Source: Octopus bimaculoides (taxonomy: Eukaryota). Taken from it: 54,750 bases of DNA. Location of the stretch: contig NC_068991.1 of assembly GCF_001194135.2 (NCBI RefSeq), forward strand, positions 6,336,606 to 6,391,355, in the 5' to 3' direction. The number at the start of each line of letters is the position of its first letter. The first letter of the stretch is position 1. Position numbers and translations under genes: made by a program. A model generated the notes under the pieces. The model worked only from the letters and a program-made list of their open reading frames with translations. It made no database searches and was not told where the DNA came from. Below are positions 11,861 through 21,869 of the stretch, piece by piece.

Positions 11861-12062
11861 AGGCGGCGAGCTGGCGGAAACGTTAGCACGCTGGGTGAAA
11901 TGCTTAGCGGTATTTTGTCTGTTGCTACGTTCTGAGTTCAAATTCAGCTGAGATCGACTTTGCCTTTCATCCTTTCGGGGTCGATTAAATAAGTACCAGT
12001 TACGCATTGGGTCAATATAATTGACTTAATCCGTTTGTCTGTCCTTGTTTGTCCCCTCTGTA
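11861..12062 (+). mobile_element. tRNA-derived SINE family B (ggcggcgagctggcagaa...ctttcatcctttcggggtcgataaa..gtaccag)
   Basis: A-box/B-box-like head (gagttcaaattc); further copies at about 8517-8745(+), 8775-8915(-), 21305-21450(-), 22530-22650(-), 28620-28800(-), 28830-28945(-), 31105-31275(+), 31620-32020(+). Confidence 0.85.
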
Positions 12063-12072
12063 AGAGCATATC

Positions 12073-12112
<40 letters not shown>

Positions 12113-13127
12113 GAATACGGAGCAAATGCCGCTATATGCCTACGGGCATAAAGCATAGTGGTTAAGAGTGTGGGCTACTAACCCCAAGATTCCCAGTTCG
12201 ATTCCAGGCAGTGACCTGAATAATAATAATAACAACAACATTGAAAAATACCTTAAGAATGAAAATGATCATTTAGTACAGTTAGATTAATCTGTCTTCA
12301 ACAGTCTCACTATATCTCTCACATAAATGTCAAAAGGTTCACGTTCTCTCTATATGGATATAAATTCTCCACTTTGTGGTCTTAACAACTATATATGTAT
12401 CGTAACTTTCCAAGTGTCAACTGCATTGCTTTTTTGACCTCTGTCTGATGAGATGAACATGGATCACACGCGTAAATATATTTAAATAATACAAGACACA
12501 ATCATTTATATTCAAGATGTGCCTGAACTGTATGTTGAAACAACTGTCATCAACATCATCATCATCATCATCTAACGCGTTTTCTACGCTTAGCGTGCGC
12601 ACGCACACACAGATAGACAGACAGATGTAAAGACAGGCAGACATAATAACAGACAGACAGATAGATAGATGTGTGCGTGTTTGTCTGTAAAATAGAATAT
12701 TGTAGTTGTGATGAAGCATAGAGCAATGGTGTTTATTTCACAAAGCCATTTATCACACGTATTTGGTGCTAAAAGGAATGTAAACAAGAGCAAAACCAAT
12801 CCAAACACACACCAACACACATTGTTTATATTACAAGAGTTGTTTATTTTCGTGACATTTAGAAAGATATAAAATCATCATTGTTTAACGTCCGCTTTCC
12901 ATGCTAGCATGGGTTGGACGATTTGACTGAGGACTGGTGGACCAGGAGGCTACACCAGGCTCCAATCTGATCTGGAAGAGTTTCTACAGCTGGATGCCCT
13001 TCCTAATGCCAACCACTCCGAGAGTGTAGTGTTTTTACGTGCCACCAGCACGAGGGCCAGTCACTTCAACATTTAAATTTAATTTGCCAAAATATTTTTG
13101 TCGCTTTGAGACCGCGACCTGTTCGGA

Positions 13128-13715
13128 GTGGCTGTGTGGTAAGTAGGTTGCTTACAAACCACATGGTTCTGGGTTCAGTCCCACTGCGTGGCACCTTGGG
13201 CAAGTGTCTTCTACTATAGCCTCGGGCCGACCAAAGCCTTGTGAGTGGTAGATTTGGTAGACGGAAACTGAAAGAAGCCAGTCGTATATATGTATATATA
13301 TATACATACATGCATACACATACACATACATACATACACACACACATACATACATACATATACTCATGTTCTAGGCATTCTAGAACGCGCTAAGTTCTAT
13401 TTTTTCTTGTTAGCATCGTCACACACACACACACACACACNNNNNNNNNNNNNNNNNNNNNNNNNNNNNNNNNNNNNNNNNNNNNNNNNNNNNNNNNNNN
13501 NNNNNNNNNNNNNNNNNNNNNNNNNNNNNNNNNNNCCCAATATTGCTTGACAACCGATGCTGGTGTGTTTACGTCCCCGTAACTTAGCGGTTCGGCAAAA
13601 ATGACCGATAGAATAAGTACTAGGCTTACAAAGAATAAGTCCTGGGATCGACTTACTCGACTAAAGACGTGCTCTAGCATGGCCACAGTCAAATGACTGA
13701 AACAAGTAAAAGAGT
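13128..13715 (+). mobile_element. SINE family A spanning an assembly gap
   Basis: Head at 13128, tail at about 13710. Confidence 0.8.
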
Positions 13716-13716
13716 A

Positions 13717-13763
<47 letters not shown>

Positions 13764-15334
13764 TGTATGTATGTGTGTATGTATATATGTATATATATAT
13801 ACATACATGCATACACATACACATACATACATACACACACACATACATACATACATATACTCATGTTCTAGGCATTCTAGAACGCGCTAAGTTCTATTTT
13901 TTCTTGTTAGCATCGTCACACACACACACACACACACAACTGGTTGAGTGAATAGTTTTACGTACTGTGTTTGTGTAAAAGTTGACAAAGACAATCACCT
14001 CACTTTTGGCAATTATGGTGGCATTAAAATAAAATAGGGCACGATTGAGGGAGACCTTATTGCATATAAAACATACTTTTATTCCCAGTTCACAACATCG
14101 TCAGGGACAGTTCAGTTTTTTTACAAAACCTCAATAATCCTTATACTCGTCCTTCGTCTCCTGACACAGAATATAAATAAATAAATGAAAAGGCTGAACG
14201 AAAATCTCCTACATACGAATGACAGAAAATATATTTTCCCGTGACTAAATTGTTTCAAATTATGACGTAAGGCCACCAATTTTAAGGATAGGAGACAATT
14301 CCATTAAAATGCCACAATACTTAACTGGCGCTCTATTTCATTGACCCCGAAAAGATTAAAGGGTAGGTCAACCTCCGCGGAATTTCCTATTACTAAATTA
14401 ATAATTGATGAGAAAATAATTTATCAGAAACTTTAACGGCGGTCCTTTACAATATCTGGATGAGGCGACGGCATCATTCGCCTTCTTTAGCCTAGCATTT
14501 TTATCCTCGTAACGGAGGAAGAAACTTTTGTGGGTGAAGGGGTGCCATTTTAGCTGTTTTCCTTTAACAATCAGCCCTTTAAGGATTCGAATTGTCAAAA
14601 AAAAAAAAAAAAAAAANNNNNNNNNNNNNNNNNNNNNNNNNNNNNNNNNNNNNNNNNNNNNNNNNNNNNNNNNNNNNNNNNNNNNNNNNNNNNNNNNNNN
14701 NNNNNNNNNNNNNNNNNNNNNNNNNNNNNNNNNNNNNNNNNNNNNNNNNNNNNNNNNNNNNNNNNNNNNNNNNNNNNNNNNNNNNNNNNNNNNNNNNNNN
14801 NNNNNNNNNNNNNNNNNNNNNNNNNNNNNNNNNNNNNNNNNNNNNNNNNNNNNNNNNNNNNNNNNNNNNNNNNNNNNNNNNNNNNNNNNNNNNNNNNNNN
14901 NNNNNNNNNNNNNNNNNNNNNNNNNNNNNNNNNNNNNNNNNNNNNNNNNNNNNNNNNNNNNNNNNNNNNNNNNNNNNNNNNNNNNNNNNNNNNNNNNNNN
15001 NNNNNGGGTGAAATTTTTCAAAATATTTTTTTTCATTTTCGGAATCTCCATAGCCTAAAACGTAGAATTCCGTTAAAAAAATTAATAAATAAGGGGGGAA
15101 AGGTTCAGATTACATATAGTCCGTCTCTACCTTATTTTCAAAAGTGCAAGGGGTCATTTTATACTTTGAAGTCGTTTGAAAGTGGATTATGGAAATGTAA
15201 AAGCTACTTTGAAACCTAATTAATGTGTAATTTCTAAGTTTTATTTATGCAGATTTTTTTCCCTGGATAGTGAGTAAATAAAAATTAAAAGATATATCGG
15301 TAATTTAAAATATTTCCCCATTAGGGCATACTTC

Positions 15335-15623
15335 GGATCTAGTTCAAAACGGGGGCACCAGTATTTTCTTAACGAAACACTAACGAAACACTTTGAAACT
15401 TGGGACACTGGTAGAATGTGTCATATAACTGAATAGACGTCAGTGATTAGTAGAAATTATCGAAATAAGACAATTTTTTACATGAAATAAATTCGAATAC
15501 AAAAATTTTTTTCTGTTCTATAACACAAAATAGATAAGTATACGAAGTTTGAAAGTCTTTCGGTACCAAAAACACTACATAAAACATAAATGAAAACTGG
15601 TGCCCCCGTTTTGAACAAGATCC
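15335..15623. mobile_element. MITE, 289 bp, 28-bp TIRs, perfect 8-bp TSD (Merlin-like termini)
   Basis: TIR GGATCTAGTTCAAAACGGGGGCACCAGT vs GGATCTTGTTCAAAACGGGGGCACCAGT (27/28); CATACTTC at 15327-15334 and 15624-15631. Confidence 0.9.
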
Positions 15624-16546
15624 CATACTTCTTAATCAATAAGCCAGTGGGGGATTCTTTTCAAATTCTTTCCAACCACCAGTTCTTTTTCAAATTGTCA
15701 CCAGATTATCTTCAAGTTTACAACTCCGATGAAGTTTAACTCGCCGATGACAAAAATCACATTCAATTCATTTTTAGTTTTCACTAAAAATCTAAAGTTA
15801 TAAGCCGAGTGGCACTATTCATTATATCAATAATCGATCAAAGCTGATCTGGGACTAATCAACTATAATAAGCATTCCATTTTTTTCCCTTTGTCAACTC
15901 TACTCTGCCATTCTAGGCAGTAACTTTCGTTTTCTTTCTGTCACACCGCACTCATTACACCCTTCATAGATCTGTCTTTCAAGGACATTTTTAATCCATC
16001 TAGCTTTCACTAGTAATTATATAGTTCTTTTCATATCTAGAATGCATTACAGGAAAATTAATCAATCCCAGTATTTCATTTAGTTATTCTATTTTATCGA
16101 TTTCAGAAGGAAGAAAGACAAACTTGATTGACTTTGACAGGATTTGAAGAGGCAACTTATCTTTCTCTCACACACACACGCACAGGAGAGAGAGAGAGAA
16201 AGAGAGAGAGAGGGGGGATTAGACAGAGTTAAAGTTGTTGCCATGGTAGGATCGTTAAAGCATCGATATTTAGTTATGATATTTCGCATTCTGAGTTCAA
16301 ATTCCTCCGAAGTCAATTTTACCCTTTTTTCTTCCGAGATCAATAAAGTACCAGCAATTTTTTACATTCTATCATCACAAACAGGCAATCAATAATATGA
16401 AGAAATTACAAAAACAAAAAAAAAAAAAGGAAACTATTTTTCTCACTTCTCTGCTCTGTTTTCTTGGTGACCGGGTTATATCCCAACGTGATGACTCTAA
16501 ATGTATACAAACCGGAGTTGGTGAGTTTATATAAACAACTTGTGTG

Positions 16547-16556
16547 ACCACGTGAT
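16547..16556. promoter_or_regulatory. E-box (ATCACGTGGT on -) in the candidate PLD3 promoter region
   Basis: CACGTG at 16549-16554 in a CpG-enriched patch, about 100 nt upstream of an AA|GTGAGA donor at 16446. Confidence 0.3.
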
Positions 16557-17399
16557 TTCCAGGGAAACTTAATTGTTGACAAATGTCAACTTAATCTAAA
16601 AGCAAAATAATGTTTATATTGGTATTATCTTATCTCAACAGATACATATAAAAACGGAAAGTTCAAGTTATCGTCAAATATTTTATTTGTTGTAGATAAA
16701 GAATTATGAGGATGTATCGAAGCAGTTTCATAATGTAAGATAACCGAATGACTAGCGAACTCAATTTGCGGCTGCATCTTTTTGGATCTTTCTGATTTGG
16801 CGGGTGCCACTTTTTATTTATGTTTTATTTGGTGTGTTTTCTACCGAAACACTTTAAAACCTCGTATACTTGTACATTTTGTCTTTGGAGCTATAGTAGA
16901 AGACACTTGCCCAATGTGCTGTGCAGTAAGACTAGACTTGAGACTTCATGGCTGAGCTTCTCAACCACACAATTGAAATGTCTTAGTATTGCCTTTTGTT
17001 GTTCTTTTTTTCTTAATGCATGCATTTGTGCTGACCTTTTAGCTACATATCTGGTTGTATCTGCGTAAACAGGACTACTAGAAAGAATGTTTTACAGCTG
17101 TCTTTTTACATTGATTATTTAGTCTGCCGTTTCCTTATCTCATGGATTATAATATTTTCTTTTTCTTTTTCTTGCCAACTAGGGTAAATATATATCACGC
17201 TAAAGCAAGGCATCTGTTTCTATCTCTCAGTCTTACTTCATCTCATCACTTGGCATAAAGTAGCCTCCTTTAATTGAGGTATTCTATAGTTAAGTAACTT
17301 GCAAGACAAGACTTGTTCAGTTGAAGGGTTTTTTTCTTGTGAGTTACTTGGTGACCTAACTGGTGCCAGTGCTGCAGAAAAATCACCCAATGCATTCTT

Positions 17400-17630
17400 A
17401 TTTCTTTACTGCCCTCAAGGGGTTACACACAGAGGGGACAAACAAGGACAGACAAACGGATTAAGTTGATTATATCGACCTCAGTGCGAAAACTGGTACT
17501 TAATTTATCGACCCCGAATGGATGAAAGGCAAAGTCGACCTCGGCAGAATTTGAACTCAGAATGTAGTGGCAGACGAAATACCGCTAAGCATTTCGCCCG
17601 GCGTGCTAACGTTTCTGCCAGCTCGCCACC
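17400..17630 (-). mobile_element. SINE family B
   Basis: Near-consensus full copy. Confidence 0.85.
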
Positions 17631-19753
17631 GAAATCACCCAGGGCATTCTGTAAAGTGGTTGGTGTTAGGAAGGGCATGCATCTGTAGAAACCCAGGCTG
17701 ATAGTATTTTCCTCATTAAACATTAAATGTTGAAGTGTTAACCCCCCTTTTTTTGCTTATAATTTCCTGCTATTTCAACTCAATTGACTTAAACATTCCA
17801 TTCTCTATTCCAAGTGTGTGTGTGTGTGCATCCTTGAAAATGCATTGCCCATGGCATGAATGGGAGACACACACACATATACACAGATATGTATGTGTGT
17901 GTGTGGCTTTGGGGCTGTGTTCCCCCCCCCCCTCCACATATACCACTTAACAACCCATATTGGTTTGTTTATGTCCCTGTATCATAGTGGCTTGGCAAAA
18001 AAGACCTATAGAATTACTACCAGACTTGAGAGAAGATAAATATGTTCTGGGTTTGATTTGTTCAACTGAAACCCTTCGTGGTGGTGCTCCAGCATGGCTG
18101 CAGTTAAATGATTAAAACAAATAAAAGATGAAAAAATATAAAAGCACCCACTTTTATAACTGTGGATACATTGAAATCAAAAAGACTTATGTTAGTCACA
18201 GCTATGATCTTTCAGTTACTAAGCTTGTTCTTAATCATTTAATCATAAAATTACTTTACAATGAGACTAAATACATTTTCAGATCTTTAAATAAGTCTTC
18301 TGTATTTTGAACCTCGTTGAAAAACTCACTTTCACATTTATTTATTTGTATATCATAGCCTTTAAAAGCGCCTTCCACATCTACTTTTGGAGCAAATTCT
18401 CTAGCAGATTACTTGGTAGATAGACTATTTTATCATATGTAATAATATTTGATTTCGTGAGATTCTGATGGGTTGAATAAACCAGTTAACTAATCTTCAC
18501 TGATTAGACAATTTCCTTTACTCAAGCAACAAAGTTTTTTGCATGCAATTTAAGATTTTTACCCTAGTCTTCATTATATTTAATCTGATGAGCTACAGCT
18601 TAAGCCACTCTGTAAATTTCTCCTCCAAAATTGTTATTGATTTTTCAAAAACAGAAATAATTTATTTACACGCACAAGATCTCATAAGGAACTTAGCATA
18701 AATTCCACGTTTTCCCTCAATCAAAGGAGACACTACAATCTACACGTTTACCACAATCAGGGGAGGTAATTCAACTTTATTCTATATCAATGCAAGAGAG
18801 ATGGTCGTAAGACGAATCCATTTAATGGCAAGAAGTGGTAGATGTACATTTTATGTATGTACAACAACCCTCCTACCAAGACAAAAATAGTTACAGAAGT
18901 ATCAACGACAATTCGAAACCAACAAAACCTGGAGAGAAGGGCCTTCTCTCTGAGAAATATATAATGTGGTGCAGCAAAATCTCCTGCAAGGAAGATGGAA
19001 GAGAGAACAGCCTAGAAATAGGTGGAGGCAGGATACTGATGTAGAGCTAAAAAAGTTGGGAGAGAAGCAGAAAAGACAGCCCAGTGTTAAGAACAGTTGT
19101 CAATGGCCTATGGTCCATAGTGGGGGGGGGGAGTAAGATATGTAGGTTGGTTGGTGAATTCCTTTGGTCACATTTTACATTGTGTGTGTTTGGAGAGAGA
19201 GAGAATTAATACAAGAAGTGAAGGTTGAATTCATATACAAATCTTGGTGGTAGACAATGAGTAATAGAATGCCACATACACACGCACACACACACTGAAA
19301 GAGAAAGAATCATAGAGATGGAGAAAGAGGAGCAAGAATGTCATCGTAACCGACAGAGTGCCATAGGTGTGCTAACAATTCTGCTTACTCATTGTCTTTT
19401 TATTATCAGTAAATATAAAAATAATTGTAAGTAAAAAAGTAACACAGTCATGTTTTATATAAATAGTTTATTACTGATATCTCTAGCAGGACCGGCCTAC
19501 ACTACTACGGTGCAAATATACAAATGTCCAAACTGCAAACAAGGCAAGCCTGCTTTTTCACAGNNNNNNNNNNNNNNNNNNNNNNNNNNNNNNNNNNNNN
19601 NNNNNNNNNNNNNNNNNNNNNNATGTTGTTTTAAAAAGGTACGCTGAAAATATTCAAATCTTTACACATCTAAAAATGACTATACCAACCTTAATATAAG
19701 AATGAAAAATGTTTTTAAAATGATTATTCGTTGTTTTTGTTGTTGGTCTTCTT

Positions 19754-19814
19754 TTATACACGTGCTCCACTCTTTGCAGTCAATAACATCTTTTTACCGA
19801 AATGGCAGAGAACC
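19754..19814 (-). CDS. DHRS7: DHRS7 last coding exon (VLCHFGKKMLLTAKSGARV*)
   Basis: ctgttttag acceptor; phase 2 completes Trp; GKK....KSG resembles the vertebrate DHRS7 C-terminus. Confidence 0.82.
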
Positions 19815-21813
19815 CTAAAACAGGTAGAAAAAACTTATTTTATTAATTATCTTAAGTGTTTAGCATTCAAACTGGCCATATCAAGCCTAAATATTCTAAC
19901 TATTTTGAACATAAGTTCAAACTAGCCAGATCCAGCCTCTCACACCTACCCTAAAATGTCATTCTAAAAATATACAATCACATCAGCAAAATCTCAAAAC
20001 TACAAGATTATGTATGATTAATTCAAAACAATGTGAATAAGTATTACATTTGACGGAATAATATGAATGCTAAAGGGTTAAAAAACACACACACACACAC
20101 ACACATACATACACATGCGGTCTGATCAATAAGTATCCAGACTGTTGCCATAGTACCGAAGCTGAAGCATGCAGAGTGAAGCTGCTTGGCACAGATTGAC
20201 CTTGAACTTTGTTGTGTATGTGCACTAAGTTTTAACATTCTAGCTCACTTCTGCTGTTTACAGCAATGCTTGGAAGGAACATATGTAGCATGTGATCATC
20301 GTATTGACCATGACAGATAAAGTTGAACAGAGAATCTGCATCAAGTTTTGTCAAAAGCTTGGTGATTCCTGCTCAGAGACCTGTGCCAAGTTTTCAAAAA
20401 AATGTCCATTCTTCTTGACACAATGAAGGAGATCTTGTGCAACTGCAACCCGAGTGTCCTTTTGGTCAGCGGAAAGCAGTTTTGCCACAAGCTTGGCAGA
20501 CGTGTGTCTCATACCTAAATCTTCAGTGATAATGGACTGAACTGAACCGTAACTAATCACACGGATGGTGAGAATATGACTAAGAACTGTGTGTACTCCA
20601 TCTAATGATGCTGTGGTAGGTTATACAAAGGCGAAACATGCCGCCCACTCAAAATAAGGGTAGAGGTACCCTCTTGTGGGTATAAGCCTGTACAGACTGA
20701 TACAGTAGACCGAAAAGTGCCACCTTCATAAAAGCATCTCCCAGGGCAGATACCCCTTCTCCTCTCCTTCCTTTCCCCTCACCCATCTCCCCTCCCAACC
20801 CCCTCCTCTTCGCCTCCCCTCCCCTCTTCCCCTCCACCTGATTCCACTCCCCTCCCCTCTTACCTTTCTCCACCCCAGCTATGATATTGCTCCTATTGCT
20901 TTCATAATCATTTTGACTAATCTGTGTTCTAGTTCCCACAAAGCTTAGTATGTCATGGACACAACTGAAGTGCATATAACTTACCATTGTCCAACAGAAG
21001 GACAATACTGACACAAGTACATCACCAAAAGCAGGGGATGTCTAGCAATCCAGACCTCATCTAACTTGTTGGCCACAGCAAGAATTATAAGTCGGGCGCA
21101 GCGTCCTGTGTCCATTCGTCTATCATTAGGGTCCATCTTCATGCCATAATTCTGGAAAAAGATTGAAAGAAGTAATTTTTAAGCCAATCCTATTTAAAGT
21201 GGAAGAAAATTATATACAAAATCTTGCATGAAATTCTCATGGTGGGAATTAAATTCATACTAATTATTCTTTTCTACTTTAGGCAACAAGGGCCAAATTT
21301 TTTTTTTAGGGAGGAGGCTAGTCGATTAGATTGACCCCAGTACCAGCAACTGGTACTTAATTTATTGACCCTGAAAAGATGAAAAGCAAAGTCGACCTCG
21401 GTGGAATTTGAACTCAGAATGTAAAGACAGATGAAATTCACGCTAAATATTTCATATCTGTATATAGTAGTGCCTCAATATATGAGTTAATTTGTTCCCA
21501 GAGACCACTCATAAAACGAAAACTTGTAACGCAGAGCAATAATTTCCTATAGTAGTAATGTTATAAATCATAATACATTCCCCCAAAAATATCTTACTCT
21601 CTTTACTTGTTTCAGTCATTTGACTGTGGCCATGCTGGAGCACCGCTTTTAGTTGAGCAAATTGACCCCAGGACTTATTCTTTGTAAGCCTAGTACTTAT
21701 TCTATCGGTCTCTTTTGCCGAACCGCTAAGTTACAGGGATGTAAACACACCAGCATCGGTTGTCAAGTGATGTTGGTGGGGGAGAAACGCAGACACACAA
21801 ACATATACACACG

Positions 21814-21869
<56 letters not shown>

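Noticed and set aside
12150-12260. tRNA-like sequence with A box (TAGTGGTTAAG) and B box (GTTCGATTCC)
   Set aside because: No acceptor stem or complete cloverleaf is evident and it runs into an (AAT/AAC)n tail; best read as a SINE head.
12590-12820. Hydrophobic ORF as a candidate PLD3 transmembrane exon
   Set aside because: No matching splice sites or phase; the 11639-11512 exon fits better.
13290-13940. ~150-bp exact direct duplication (13290-13440 and about 13788-13937)
   Set aside because: It is bounded by microsatellites and an N gap and interrupts a SINE; most likely a mis-assembly.
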